Below, piece by piece: positions 47,689 through 58,227 of a DNA stretch of 64,000 nt. The stretch covers positions 256,001 through 320,000 of the forward strand of contig JALDAJ010000001.1 in the NCBI GenBank assembly GCA_022729235.1, in the 5' to 3' direction. Source of the DNA: Candidatus Nanohalarchaeota archaeon (GTDB lineage: Archaea; Nanohalarchaeota; Nanosalinia; Nanosalinales; Nanosalinaceae). The notes beneath the pieces were generated by a model. The model was given only the letters and a program-made list of their open reading frames with translations, was not told where the DNA came from and made no database searches. Position numbers and translations under genes: made by a program. Numbering within the stretch: position 1 is the stretch's first letter; each line of letters opens with the position of its first letter.

Positions 47689-49161
47689 GTGGACATGCAA
47701 CCCGTAGTTCTCGTGGTTATGGACGGTGTAGGTTTACACGAAGAAGAGAAAGGTAACGCGTTCAGACAGGCGGACACACCTAACATCGATAGACTGATGG
47801 AAGAAAACGGTTACAAAGAGCTACAGGCATGGGGTCCTGCCGTAGGACTCCCCGAAGGATTCCAGGGCAACAGCGAGGTAGGGCATCTACACCTTGGCGC
47901 AGGTAGACGAGTACCCCAGAGACTCAAACGTATCAACGACTCAATAGAGAATGATGAGCTAGAGGAGAAAGAAGCACTGGCAGATGCGCTCGAACGCGCC
48001 GAGGAGAACGGTAATGCAGTACACCTCGCCGGCATCATATCCGACGGCGGCATACACGGACATATCGACCACCTTGAAGCACTGATGAGAACAACACAGG
48101 ACTATGAACTGGAAAAAGTGTGGCTCCACTGCTTTACCGATGGAAGGGACGTGGACCCGAAGAGCGCAGATAGATACCTCGATGAGATACGTGACTGCAT
48201 GGAAAAATATGACAGCGACTTCGGGTTCGCATCGATAATGGGCCGCTACTACTCGATGGACCGCGACCATAACTGGGACAGAACCCGCGATGCTTACAGG
48301 GCGATGACTCTCGGAGAGGGTTTCGGGTTCGAGAGACCAGAGGACGCAGTGGAAAAGACTTACGAGGACGGGGACTACGACTACTTTGTTATTCCCGCAG
48401 TGAATGAGTGTTACAATGGGATGAACAGCGAGGATGAACTTATCTTCTACAATTATCGCGCGGACAGAGAAGTAGAACTCTGTAAGGCGTTTCTATGGGA
48501 AGACTTCAGCGAGTTCGAGAACCCTGTCAGGCCGAACTTCACCTCGATGTTCCGGTACGAGAAAGATTTCGACAACCCTGTGATGTTCGAGAAGATGGTG
48601 GTTGAGGACACACTCGGGGAGAAGCTGGAGGACGCGGGACTGAAGCAGTTACGGATAACCGAGTCACAGAAAATCCCGCATATGACCTACTTCTTCAACG
48701 GCCAGAAAGAAATCGAATTCGAACACGAGGAAACGCACTTCGTGGAATCGGATAAAATCAAGGCGTACGACCAGAAGCCGGATATGCACGCCGATGACAT
48801 CACCGACATACTCGTAGAAGCGGTAGAGGAGGGCGAACACGACTTCATGATACTCAACTTCCCGAACGGTGACCTCGTCGGCCATACCGGCGATCTCGAA
48901 GCCGCTATAACCGCGATGGAGACCGTGGACAGGAACGTCGGCAGGATAGTCAACGCAGTAGAAGGTACCGACTACGCGTTACTGGTCACCGCGGACCACG
49001 GCAACTGCGAAGATATGGGAACAGAAGGCGAGCCAAGCACATCCCACACCTTGAACCCTGTACCATTGATACCTGTTAACTATGAAGGCGAGTTAGACAT
49101 TGAAGAAGGAGAGCTGTGGGAGGTAGAGAATGTTGTCGAGGATATAATGAAGCTAAACTAG
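47689..49161 (+). CDS. gpmI: 2,3-bisphosphoglycerate-independent phosphoglycerate mutase
   Basis: MDGVG, GNSEVGH, SDGGIH, TDGRD, GRYYSMDRD, DLVGHTG, TADHGN. Confidence 0.97.
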   Translation: MDMQPVVLVVMDGVGLHEEEKGNAFRQADTPNIDRLMEENGYKELQAWGPAVGLPEGFQGNSEVGHLHLGAGRRVPQRLKRINDSIENDELEEKEALADALERAEENGNAVHLAGIISDGGIHGHIDHLEALMRTTQDYELEKVWLHCFTDGRDVDPKSADRYLDEIRDCMEKYDSDFGFASIMGRYYSMDRDHNWDRTRDAYRAMTLGEGFGFERPEDAVEKTYEDGDYDYFVIPAVNECYNGMNSEDELIFYNYRADREVELCKAFLWEDFSEFENPVRPNFTSMFRYEKDFDNPVMFEKMVVEDTLGEKLEDAGLKQLRITESQKIPHMTYFFNGQKEIEFEHEETHFVESDKIKAYDQKPDMHADDITDILVEAVEEGEHDFMILNFPNGDLVGHTGDLEAAITAMETVDRNVGRIVNAVEGTDYALLVTADHGNCEDMGTEGEPSTSHTLNPVPLIPVNYEGELDIEEGELWEVENVVEDIMKLN

Positions 49162-49403
49162 TCAGGAGGATCACAGTCATCCAGTTCATCCATTTTGTCC
49201 GTCAATTCATCCTGTTTCTCTCCAGCACCTTCTTCATCATCTTCAGGCCACTGCGACTGGTACAGACTGCACTGTGCACTTTCACTCTGCCCACCGACAA
49301 AGTCGGAGAAGTCACCCGCCTCTCCCGTCACCATGAACACCGCTATCCCCGCGACTACGGCTCCAACCGTCGCGACGAGAACCATCTGTATTGTCAGGTT
49401 CAT
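49158..49403 (-). CDS. Small pilin-like protein
   Basis: N-terminal hydrophobic helix, Cys pair, acidic tail; no KG leader. Confidence 0.6.
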   Translation of the reverse strand: MNLTIQMVLVATVGAVVAGIAVFMVTGEAGDFSDFVGGQSESAQCSLYQSQWPEDDEEGAGEKQDELTDKMDELDDCDPPD

Positions 49404-49409
49404 ATCTAA

Positions 49410-49715
49410 TTATTCCTCTGTCTGGCTTCTGCAATCATATGTATCTTGACCAATTTGACCTTCAGCGTGTTCTATTCCCAGAACGTCAGCGCTCTGTCCT
49501 ACTATTCCTGCTCTCTCACAGCTTGAAGGCGTGCTATGCGTCCCGGAACTAAATCTACAGGTATTCTCGATAGTCGCGATACATTCCTGTTCGGCGCTGT
49601 CCCCGAAGATTCCTTGCAGGCTTCCCTGTGTCATGAAGATGACGGTCAGCGCGGTCATCATAAGTACTGATGCGGCAACGATCAGCGCCAGTGTCTGGGA
49701 CATTCCTTTACGCAT
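49410..49715 (-). CDS. Pilin-like protein with class III signal
   Basis: MRKG/MSQTLALIVAA; four Cys. Confidence 0.82.
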   Translation of the reverse strand: MRKGMSQTLALIVAASVLMMTALTVIFMTQGSLQGIFGDSAEQECIATIENTCRFSSGTHSTPSSCERAGIVGQSADVLGIEHAEGQIGQDTYDCRSQTEE

Positions 49716-49824
49716 ACTACCAAGTTTGCTTCCGCCAGTATAAAAGAGATGTGGAACGCCGGAGTTCGGTCGAATGATCTCAGGGGCTCATGAAAGAAAA
49801 ATAGAGAGAAATGTTCCAGGAACT

Positions 49825-50103
49825 CTACTCCTGGGTGATGTCGATCTGGATCGATGATACGTCCAGTTCCTCTCCTTCGTCAGTCTCGATCTGGTCTGTG
49901 TCGATCGAGATGTCATCAACTACTGCGTCCTCGATGAATTTTCTCTTGACCATTTCTGCGACGTCCACTGCCCGGGAGATAGCTTTTCCTCGAGCTTTAA
50001 CGTGGACAGGGTCCTGTCCTTCACTGAATTGGGTTACTACCGCGAGAACGTAGCTCATCGCGGGTTTGGAACCAACGTATACCGTGTTGTCGTCTTCTGC
50101 CAC
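49825..50103 (-). CDS. albA: DNA/RNA-binding protein Alba
   Basis: VYVGSKP.MSYV...[15 protein letters not shown]...VSSIQI. Confidence 0.97.
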   Translation of the reverse strand: MAEDDNTVYVGSKPAMSYVLAVVTQFSEGQDPVHVKARGKAISRAVDVAEMVKRKFIEDAVVDDISIDTDQIETDEGEELDVSSIQIDITQE

Positions 50104-50149
50104 TGGTGATCACCTAGCTCTATATTGGCAGATAACTGATAAAAATGGT

Positions 50150-51175
50150 TCAGTCCATGTCGTGGTCGTACTCGAAGATGAAATGTAAAGTATCTTCATT
50201 GGCGCTAGCACCCATAACTTCTTTCTCCGAATCAGAGAGGTCGAACTCCAGGGTAGCGCCGGTTACCTGTGAAGTTGCTTCAACATCGAATTCCTGCCCG
50301 TCAAACTCTTCCTTGCATTCACCATCCTCCTCAAAGATGTCCTCGTCCTGCTCTATCTCTTCATCCTCCGGACATTCTATCTCCTTTGTTCCTGTGCAAT
50401 CATCGATATCTTCATCAGTTATGGAGGTATCAAAATCGAAATCCGTGGAAGTATCCAGTTCTATCCATCCCGGTAAGTCAACTCCTCCCGAGATCCCGCT
50501 GGCAAGTCCATTGTTCTGGACAGCGCTGTTTTCCGCCCTTTCTCTTGCTGTGTCCCGGTAGGAGTCACTATCCAGATCTTCCTCACAGCTATCGGTAGAT
50601 GCGGGGCGAGTTGCCTCAGCCCATGAATCAGGGAGATCGTCCGTATCCATCTCTTCTCTCAGCTCCAGGGCAGCTTCCACGAGAAGCATGTACCGGTTCT
50701 CAGTATTGTTAACGGTTATCTCTTCTTCTAGGTATACCTCTGCCTGGGTCGATGTCGAGTCACAGATGACAGAGGAACGGCTGAAGGATAGCGTGATTTC
50801 TCTATCTTCATATTCGACACCGGCTAGTTCTGGATTCTCACATCCGAAAACCCGGTTTCTATCCTGGATTTTTGAGGCGATATCCTGCTCAAGTTCGCCA
50901 CGTATGCTCTCTATATCCGGGGCATCGTTCCAGCTCCTGGTCTGCTGTCCAAGTTCAAAAGCCACAGTATTGAAGGAGATATTGATGTCATCAGGAAGTT
51001 TCTCAGTGTAAATATCTGCTTTTACCTGCGACTCTGTAATCGTGTGTACGTCACCGCCGTAATATGAAACCGTCTCCCTCACCTCATGAGTCGAGTATAC
51101 CGATGATAGAAATCCTCCGAGCGTTATGGAAACCGCAGTCATAACCATCAGAAGACTTAAAGCCTCTCCCTTCAC
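50150..51175 (-). CDS. Large minor-pilin-like protein
   Basis: MKG/EALSLLMV hydrophobic helix followed by an acidic Cys-containing ectodomain. Confidence 0.72.
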   Translation of the reverse strand: MKGEALSLLMVMTAVSITLGGFLSSVYSTHEVRETVSYYGGDVHTITESQVKADIYTEKLPDDINISFNTVAFELGQQTRSWNDAPDIESIRGELEQDIASKIQDRNRVFGCENPELAGVEYEDREITLSFSRSSVICDSTSTQAEVYLEEEITVNNTENRYMLLVEAALELREEMDTDDLPDSWAEATRPASTDSCEEDLDSDSYRDTARERAENSAVQNNGLASGISGGVDLPGWIELDTSTDFDFDTSITDEDIDDCTGTKEIECPEDEEIEQDEDIFEEDGECKEEFDGQEFDVEATSQVTGATLEFDLSDSEKEVMGASANEDTLHFIFEYDHDMD

Positions 51176-51600
51176 GAACTCGGCACCTCCACTGTAACCC
51201 TTACTGGACCTTCAACAGTAGGGACGTATGCTGATGACCTTACAGAAGGATTTCCCTCCTCCACCTCTATATTTTTTTCATCCACAGCGAACCGGTATTC
51301 CTCATGCGCACTTCCCAGCACTTCTTCTGCACGTTCCTCGATATCCTGCCCGGCATCAGTTCTCTCGTTACCGCTCATCGCCGGGTAATAGAAGAGGGTG
51401 TCCATGACATCCGGGTTCTCTGACTTCAGGATATTATTCATGGCGATCGCGGACTGGAATTCCGCGTTCGAGTGGTGTAACTCGGCGTATATAGCTCCTT
51501 CTACCGGGGTAGATGCCATGATAAAAAGCAGGTAAAATATCAGTAACGACAGGACTGCACTCCCGACTATGACCGTTACCAAGTCTATACTGCCTTTCAC
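51172..51600 (-). CDS. Pilin-like protein
   Basis: MKG/SIDLVTVIVG. Confidence 0.75.
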   Translation of the reverse strand: MKGSIDLVTVIVGSAVLSLLIFYLLFIMASTPVEGAIYAELHHSNAEFQSAIAMNNILKSENPDVMDTLFYYPAMSGNERTDAGQDIEERAEEVLGSAHEEYRFAVDEKNIEVEEGNPSVRSSAYVPTVEGPVRVTVEVPSS

Positions 51601-52001
51601 GGTCCCGGGAACACCTCCAGTTTCTTGACTTCTTCATCCTCTTCCTCCTCATACTGGACCAACACAGAAGTCTCGAGCGGGACAATATCAACCATCCCAC
51701 AGGTATCATCTATATCCAGTAGAAACTCTCCATCGGCGAACAACGGCAGGTCGGTCGTGCATCCGACTCCCTCGTCATCATACAGCAACTCCTGAATATC
51801 ATCTTCGACTGTCACAACTCCAAGACGTTCATCCCGGTTCAGGAAGTAGAAAGTCCCTGCGGCAGCTTCGCCGTGGAACTCCGAGATCTGTATGAGATCC
51901 TCTACCTGTGCCTGTATCCCGGTCAACATCAGGGTTATCATAAAAGTAATAGCCACTATCCCGACAATCCAGGGGAGAACCTTTCTGACGTTCAACTGCA
52001 C
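51597..52001 (-). CDS. Pilin-like membrane-anchored protein
   Basis: N-terminal TM helix, Cys pair, overlapping operon context. Confidence 0.65.
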   Translation of the reverse strand: MQLNVRKVLPWIVGIVAITFMITLMLTGIQAQVEDLIQISEFHGEAAAGTFYFLNRDERLGVVTVEDDIQELLYDDEGVGCTTDLPLFADGEFLLDIDDTCGMVDIVPLETSVLVQYEEEEDEEVKKLEVFPGP

Positions 52002-52381
52002 TCACCTGTGCTTAGATGGGGTTGTAAACCGGATTTACTTATGCAGAGCTGGTCGAACTCCTCTCCGAGCTCATCTTCATCGTACCTGAAACGGATACCC
52101 GGGTCGATCATCTCAGAGCTATCTCCGGTGTTCAAGAAGAGATCTCCGTCAGATTCTTCCAGGACGAAATCTGTTCTGAAGTTCAGTGTTATATCCGCTT
52201 CATCCATAGAATCCGCCATATAGACCGCGTGGGACACCCTGTTAGTGATCATCGGCAGAGCCTCCTCTGCGATTGCATCTTCTACACCCATGACCGACTC
52301 TACTCCTATCCCCAGGACCGATACCGACATTATCGATCCCAGTACTATCAGGACTGTCGGTACAGTTGCAAATCCTTTCAT
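51992..52381 (-). CDS. Pilin-like protein
   Basis: MKG/FATVPTVLIV. Confidence 0.75.
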   Translation of the reverse strand: MKGFATVPTVLIVLGSIMSVSVLGIGVESVMGVEDAIAEEALPMITNRVSHAVYMADSMDEADITLNFRTDFVLEESDGDLFLNTGDSSEMIDPGIRFRYDEDELGEEFDQLCISKSGLQPHLSTGECS

Positions 52382-52785
52382 CCAAAACTTACCTCGCCCT
52401 CTGACTCATAATTAATCGTGACTTGAGTATTTTCACCGCCCTCGAACCCGTCTGAGCCAGCAACAGAGCAGTGAATATCCTCAGTCCTTTCTTGATTACC
52501 GTCTACCTTAAATATCGCGTTATCTCCGTCAATCTTTATCTCCTCGTCATCATCAAGATCTATGAGAACAGTATCGCTTCCTCCTTCATCACCGCAAACC
52601 TCGTTTATACTAGAGACAAGGTCGTTAAAAGGGCTTTGACCGCCGGAAAGAACATCTGCATCTCCCATCACACCCATCCATATCGACTGGAGTGCTGCCA
52701 GACCCATGGTCGCAGATATAGCGCTAGCTATCAATCCTGTAACTATTATAATCGACGCTGCCTCTCCCTTACGCAATCCGGACAC
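52378..52785 (-). CDS. Pilin-like protein
   Basis: RKG/EAASIIIV; L...I..VC motif. Confidence 0.75.
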   Translation of the reverse strand: MSGLRKGEAASIIIVTGLIASAISATMGLAALQSIWMGVMGDADVLSGGQSPFNDLVSSINEVCGDEGGSDTVLIDLDDDEEIKIDGDNAIFKVDGNQERTEDIHCSVAGSDGFEGGENTQVTINYESEGEVSFG

Positions 52786-52991
52786 CTCCCTGAAACCGAC
52801 CTTACATCAGAGTTTTGAACAACTGCTGAAACGTCTTCGGCATCATCTTCTGACTCTCCAACGTATTCATCGTAAAGCTCATCAATCGAGTCCTCACTCA
52901 ACTCAACGGTACCTGCTAAAACCGAGTAAACAGCTACGATAGCCAGGACTGCAAGTATAAAGGCGATTATTATGCCAGATTCCTTGTTCAC
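52746..52991 (-). CDS. Small pilin-like membrane protein
   Basis: MNKESG followed by a TM helix and an acidic tail. Confidence 0.6.
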   Translation of the reverse strand: MNKESGIIIAFILAVLAIVAVYSVLAGTVELSEDSIDELYDEYVGESEDDAEDVSAVVQNSDVRSVSGRCPDCVRERQRRL

Positions 52992-53110
52992 AGGTTACCC
53001 CCCACAAACTCAAGCAGTGCGTCCGTATGGTTTTCCACCATTATAGCCAGGGCTACCAGTATAACAATTCCGATTACAAACGACAGCACAACCCATAGAG
53101 ACCGATCCAC
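52988..53110 (-). CDS. Mini membrane protein (40 aa, not in ORF track)
   Basis: MDRSLWVVLSFVIGIVILVALAIMVENHTDALLEFVGGNL*; GTGA overlap with the next gene. Confidence 0.7.
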   Translation of the reverse strand: MDRSLWVVLSFVIGIVILVALAIMVENHTDALLEFVGGNL

Positions 53111-53149
53111 TAGTAAAGTCTTTAATCCTCAGGAGTTTAAATAAAATCC

Positions 53150-53302
53150 TTACTCCCCGTTCTCGCCGCCGCCCAGAACCTCCATGATCTCCCCTACACC
53201 CTGCTCCATACCCGAGGAAACCATACCATACAGCAGCGCTATGAACATCACTACCAGCACGATACCCGCCACTATATGAACCGGTCTAGTCTCACCCTTC
53301 AT
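53150..53302 (-). CDS. Mini pilin-like protein (50 aa)
   Basis: MKG/ETRPVHIVAGIVLVV. Confidence 0.72.
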   Translation of the reverse strand: MKGETRPVHIVAGIVLVVMFIALLYGMVSSGMEQGVGEIMEVLGGGENGE

Positions 53303-53325
53303 CCTGGCGCTTCTAAGTAAGGTCT

Positions 53326-55752
53326 CTATGAGCATCCTAACGGCTCACCTTCCACAGTGAAACTTGTTACCTCAGTACTCCCGCTTCTCTCTTCAAGCAT
53401 AACACTCTCTACTCTTTTCTCCGAAACCTCGAGCGTCCTCTCATAGCTCCGGTCACCTCCAGCTAAATCCACAAGTAACTCATCCTCATCATAGTTCTCA
53501 ACAATCAACTCAAACTCCTCCACATCAAAGAAAACCTGACCCCCAGTCCCTCTTATATCAGTCATAGCAAAATGATTCTCACTTATCGCCGCCGCATTAG
53601 TGTCTGCATCTAGAATATCTCGAGGATCCGTTACTGTCAGATCTACTTCAACCTGCAAGAAAGCATCTTCAGGACCTTTATCTAGTCTCTCTGTACCACC
53701 TATGGTAGGGCGTTCGATAGCAAAGTAAGTAGATAGGTCATGCGCTCCTGATGTATCAACGATCAAGTTTCCATTGTCATCTATCCGGTAGTCTATTTCT
53801 ATCCTAAATAAATCCTCTTGATCTTCGTCATCCTCATCTTGATCTTCCTGCTTTATACCTACGATAATCTCGCTGTCAGTACCTAAATCACTGACACTGC
53901 TGGGACTAGCGATATACGGTTCTAAGTCTATATCCACAAGAGGAATAAGCCGTAATGTCACATCATCCAGCGCTCCCAGCGAATCAGAAGGTTCTACAGG
54001 CGTGACTATAATATCCTGTCTACCGGTTGAATCAAACCTCTTCTCAAAGGTGTTATCCTCTCCGAATCTCTCAAGATTGTAAACGTATTCATCACTTGCT
54101 CCGCCCTGATACATTTCTGTTATATCGTATTCATCATGATCCAGGCTCAGACCTAGACAGTCCACCGGGTCGACCGCGAGTTCTGGACGGTAAAACTCTG
54201 TATCGATCCATTCTACGCCGAGAAGTTCCTGTGTATCATGCTGTTCGAGCGCGGTATAGATAGGTATTTCCTGCATCTCTCCATCAGCCTCTCCAAGCTC
54301 GATTATCTCTGGCTCTGGAACCTCAAACTCACCTTCATCATTTATATCAAACCGTGAAATACTTGGCTCCGGGAGTTCCTCTCCATCTGCATCCTTTAGA
54401 GAGGTGCCAATTCCGATATAACTTAAAACATCTTCCAAACAGTTGTCGGCACCCGATTCTACCTCAACCCTTGGATAGACTACGTCCCTGAATATCGGGT
54501 CATCATCGCTGTACTGTTTTCTCTCATGGTTGATATCCGCTCCAGCATTAGCCTGCACAAAGCCCTCAGAGCCTTCACATACTAGATACTCCAGATTATT
54601 AGCCAAGTACCTGTGCTCTTGTATTAAATCGCCCTTATCAAGAAATTCCTCTACGTCAAATTCGTCAGAAGTAATAGTTGGGACATTAACCATCCTTACA
54701 CGGAACGCGTTCATGCTCTCAGGCCATCCGCCTTCACCAAAGTTGTAATCGTATAATCCTGTTCCTCTTCCATCTCTAACATCAAGTTCAAATCTCCCTT
54801 CACCGATACTATATTTCCACGCTCTCTCCCCAAAGGATAGGAGCATCGGTCCTTTAACACGATAAGCTGTGTCAGAGGTAGTTTCCACTTCATCTTCTTC
54901 AGGGTCAACCCAGTGAGGATTATCGGAGTTCTCCCAGTACTCCAATGTCTCTTCCGTGGTTAAAACCCCTTCCGGATAGAAGACAGCTGCTCTCTCCGCA
55001 CGTGTGAAGTCAGGAGCATTTTCATCTGTAATACCGCTATCGACGAGTTTTTCGTTGAGATGCATAGCCATAAGCCCAATATCTTCTATCACAAATGTTT
55101 GTTCATTTTCAAACCCGGTTGCTCCGTAAATTCCTTGAGCTGAGTGTTCCTCCCATTCTGACAATCCTAAGTCATCCAGCGAAACCATTCCTGAAATGAA
55201 ACTCAACGGATCAGTGACTATAGGATCTGCTCCCATGCAGTCCCCCGTGAAGGAGGTTTCTTTAACTAGGGTCTTGAGCGGATCTTCTTTCTCCTCATCG
55301 TCTTTCTCACCCCATCCGAAGTAAGTAAATTGACCCCCATCATCACCATCCAACATGCTATCTAGTTCATCACCGCTTTCCGTATCCAAGTCGTCCACAT
55401 CTACATCGACAAGGTGCATCTGTAAGTCCTCCGGTCCCAATTCGTTCTCTCCTGAAGAGGCAGGCTCCGGATCAAATTCATCATGCTGGTAGACCATCGA
55501 CCCGTAGGCACACTGCTGGGCGGCGAGCATGTTCCAGACCACTAGTCCGCGGAACTGTTTTTCTGCCTCATACGGGTCTTCAACGTCTTCTCCTATCGTC
55601 ACCACGCCGTCCAGTGACTGGAGCTGTTCCATTAGATTATTCGTCCTTGGTTCGAGCGAGTGGTCGGTTATGGTTGTGAGGGCTCCGATAAACGCCGCTC
55701 CTATCATGACCGCGACCGCCATGACACCGACATTGCTGATGATTCCTTTCAT
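53326..55752 (-). CDS. Large acidic adhesin-like protein with class III signal
   Basis: MKG/IISNVGVMAVAV followed by a roughly 780 aa acidic beta-rich ectodomain. Confidence 0.75.
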   Translation of the reverse strand: MKGIISNVGVMAVAVMIGAAFIGALTTITDHSLEPRTNNLMEQLQSLDGVVTIGEDVEDPYEAEKQFRGLVVWNMLAAQQCAYGSMVYQHDEFDPEPASSGENELGPEDLQMHLVDVDVDDLDTESGDELDSMLDGDDGGQFTYFGWGEKDDEEKEDPLKTLVKETSFTGDCMGADPIVTDPLSFISGMVSLDDLGLSEWEEHSAQGIYGATGFENEQTFVIEDIGLMAMHLNEKLVDSGITDENAPDFTRAERAAVFYPEGVLTTEETLEYWENSDNPHWVDPEEDEVETTSDTAYRVKGPMLLSFGERAWKYSIGEGRFELDVRDGRGTGLYDYNFGEGGWPESMNAFRVRMVNVPTITSDEFDVEEFLDKGDLIQEHRYLANNLEYLVCEGSEGFVQANAGADINHERKQYSDDDPIFRDVVYPRVEVESGADNCLEDVLSYIGIGTSLKDADGEELPEPSISRFDINDEGEFEVPEPEIIELGEADGEMQEIPIYTALEQHDTQELLGVEWIDTEFYRPELAVDPVDCLGLSLDHDEYDITEMYQGGASDEYVYNLERFGEDNTFEKRFDSTGRQDIIVTPVEPSDSLGALDDVTLRLIPLVDIDLEPYIASPSSVSDLGTDSEIIVGIKQEDQDEDDEDQEDLFRIEIDYRIDDNGNLIVDTSGAHDLSTYFAIERPTIGGTERLDKGPEDAFLQVEVDLTVTDPRDILDADTNAAAISENHFAMTDIRGTGGQVFFDVEEFELIVENYDEDELLVDLAGGDRSYERTLEVSEKRVESVMLEERSGSTEVTSFTVEGEPLGCS

Positions 55753-55753
55753 G

Positions 55754-55936
55754 TTAGCACATCTCTATCCCTGTGGCTTCGGCTATCACGTTGTGGAGGT
55801 TTGTGCATCCAAGATATGATTGTTCGGCACCGGATATAAGACCAGGGATAATAGACAGTATGACCCATAGAAGGAATGCTGCAAGGAGGAATCCTACAAG
55901 TGTCCAGACAGAATAATCAGCTATACCCTTTCTCAT
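55754..55936 (-). CDS. Mini pilin-like protein
   Basis: MRKG/IADYSVWTLVG; Cys pair. Confidence 0.75.
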   Translation of the reverse strand: MRKGIADYSVWTLVGFLLAAFLLWVILSIIPGLISGAEQSYLGCTNLHNVIAEATGIEMC

Positions 55937-56022
55937 ACCGGTAAAGCCCCCGTCCAGAGTTTTAACAGCGCTGCAGCGATAACTACGGCGGCGACTATGC
56001 TAGCTAATATCTTTGGCTCCAC
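55933..56022 (-). CDS. Mini membrane peptide (29 aa, not in ORF track)
   Basis: MEPKILASIVAAVVIAAALLKLWTGALPV*; GGTGG SD; ATGA overlap. Confidence 0.6.
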   Translation of the reverse strand: MEPKILASIVAAVVIAAALLKLWTGALPV

Positions 56023-56029
56023 ACCACCT

Positions 56030-58222
56030 TTACGCATCCGCGATTCCACCTATCATACCTCCGAACAGCAGCGCCACTATCAGCAGGGTTATGGTGTAGA
56101 AGAACATTCCTGAAATAAGTATTTTTCCGATGAACATGTTGCGGTAGGTTACGTTCTCTCCCTCTGCTATCTTCATGTAGAACGTTCCAAGAATGTATAG
56201 GAGCTGTATCAGGTATATGCCGACCACGAACTGCAGGAGTTCGGGTTGGATAGCCGCGTCCAGGTTACCAAGGATTCCTGAGAACTCCGCGCCCTCGGCT
56301 CCACCCCCGGCACCGTCTCCAGGCAGTTCCTGTGAAGCACCTTGGAATTGCTGTGAAAGCCCGAACATCGCTGTGATTATGGTTTGGGACATTCCGACCG
56401 CGACCCCGGAAACTATCGGCGCAAGCAGGTACGCCAGCATCTGGATAGTGGTCATCGTCTCCTCCATCAAATCGTTGAGTTGTTCCTGTGTCCTGTGGAT
56501 GTTATCCAGGTAGCGCGAGATCGTTGTCATCGCCATCGCCGCCACGTGAGTTCCTTTCTCCGAGGACTCAAGTATCGCTTTCATAACAGTCTGTATCATC
56601 TGGCTGGGGAACTCCTGGAGCGCGCCGTATTTCTCGTTGAATACAGCATCTTCAAAGGTCATACCCATCTCCTCGACGTTTCTCGATGCTTTCCCGAAAA
56701 GGTCTGATATCTCGAGGTCGGACGTTGCTTCCGATGCCTGTTTCAAGGCAACCTCAATCGGCGTTCCACCCGAAATCTTGTTCCCCAGCTGGAAGAGGGC
56801 GGTCGGGAACTGGCTCTCGATCTCTCTCAGGTGGTTCTCTGCGTTCCTCCTCTCGATGCTACCAAGTATCAGCACTAATCCTATACCCCATCCTATCCCC
56901 AGGGTTATCGAGACGCTCCTGAGAAGCAGCGGGATTGGGTTGAGGCTGTCTCCTGAGAGAAACATCGTAGGCACCATGCCCGGGTCGACATTCGGGACAG
57001 GATAGAAGAACGGAGCTGTTAGGTAACCGACCATGCCGTACAGCGCGATGATGAAGAAAACCGCGACACCGACCGGCCAGACCGGGACCCGGAACTCGCT
57101 TTCTCCTACAGTGAACGTATACTTGCCGCGTTCAGGCAGGCTATCTGTACTGACAGCCTGTGAAGATACTGTTGGAGGTCTTGAGGATAGTATGCGTTGC
57201 ATGAACCAGTACAGGAATCCTGGGAGAAGGAAGTTGAACAGGACTATCAGGTGGAGCGGTCTTATCACATCACCCATGAATACGGAGATCAGAGGGAGCA
57301 TTATCATGCCGAGAACCGGAAGCATAGCACCCATCGCGTTGAGTATCATTACCGGCGTCTTCAGGGACTGGGCGTAGTGCTTCATCTTCTCCTGTGTACC
57401 ATCCAGGATGCGGTCGATAGCGTCCTGCAGGAGCTGTTCTCTGCGGTCCGAGTCAGGGTCATTCATCGCCGCCTGCAGTAGCTGCAGAGACTCCAGGAAG
57501 TCATCATTGAATCCTTTCCAGTTACGGGTATAATCGTTCAGCGCGTCTTCTATACGGTTGAAATTTCCGATCTCCACCTTCCAGAGAACTCCTTTTAGAT
57601 CCTTAGATATCGGTCCTTCAAGGTTTAAAGCGGCGAACCGTACTGCGCCCTCGAGGTTAGGTGATGAGCGCATGTAGACAACCATGTAGAGTATCGCGAG
57701 AATCATCTCCCCGCTGCTCCTGATAACCTTGTTCTTCGCCGCGTATATCGGCTTGTAGTAGGTGTATACGCCTGCAGTGAGAGGTATCGAAAGCAGGAGA
57801 AGCATCAGGGAGTTCGGCAGAAGGTACCCGAGTAAAACGTTTAAGCCGAAAAGCAGGAACCAAAGTGTGAAAGATACAAAACCTGTGAACACTGCTGCCG
57901 ATAAGACCATTCCAGGCGTTACGTCCCAGTCAAGCAGTCTTAGAGAAGGAGTAAGTTTGTCTCTAGTCGTCTCTCCCGCACTGATACTTAGTATCGATCC
58001 AGATTTTATGCATAGTTTTTCGTAAAACGTTTTCTCCCTCTCCCTTACCTCCTCTTCACGGTACTCCTGGTACTCCTTCGAATAACCCTGTCTCGACGAG
58101 GTGTTGTACGGAGGTTGCTCCACGTCTCTTTCCAGGTTATCAACTATCTCTCGTATCCTGTCCTTTTCCTCATCATCCAGACCGTCGCGTTCATCATCTC
58201 CGATTCTGTTGTCTTCACTCAT
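56030..58222 (-). CDS. Fused double T2SS F/TadC membrane platform protein
   Basis: Two repeats (LYMVVYMRSSPNLEGA; IESQFPTALFQLGNKISGG) and many TM helices. Confidence 0.88.
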   Translation of the reverse strand: MSEDNRIGDDERDGLDDEEKDRIREIVDNLERDVEQPPYNTSSRQGYSKEYQEYREEEVREREKTFYEKLCIKSGSILSISAGETTRDKLTPSLRLLDWDVTPGMVLSAAVFTGFVSFTLWFLLFGLNVLLGYLLPNSLMLLLLSIPLTAGVYTYYKPIYAAKNKVIRSSGEMILAILYMVVYMRSSPNLEGAVRFAALNLEGPISKDLKGVLWKVEIGNFNRIEDALNDYTRNWKGFNDDFLESLQLLQAAMNDPDSDRREQLLQDAIDRILDGTQEKMKHYAQSLKTPVMILNAMGAMLPVLGMIMLPLISVFMGDVIRPLHLIVLFNFLLPGFLYWFMQRILSSRPPTVSSQAVSTDSLPERGKYTFTVGESEFRVPVWPVGVAVFFIIALYGMVGYLTAPFFYPVPNVDPGMVPTMFLSGDSLNPIPLLLRSVSITLGIGWGIGLVLILGSIERRNAENHLREIESQFPTALFQLGNKISGGTPIEVALKQASEATSDLEISDLFGKASRNVEEMGMTFEDAVFNEKYGALQEFPSQMIQTVMKAILESSEKGTHVAAMAMTTISRYLDNIHRTQEQLNDLMEETMTTIQMLAYLLAPIVSGVAVGMSQTIITAMFGLSQQFQGASQELPGDGAGGGAEGAEFSGILGNLDAAIQPELLQFVVGIYLIQLLYILGTFYMKIAEGENVTYRNMFIGKILISGMFFYTITLLIVALLFGGMIGGIADA

Positions 58223-58227
58223 CTAAC

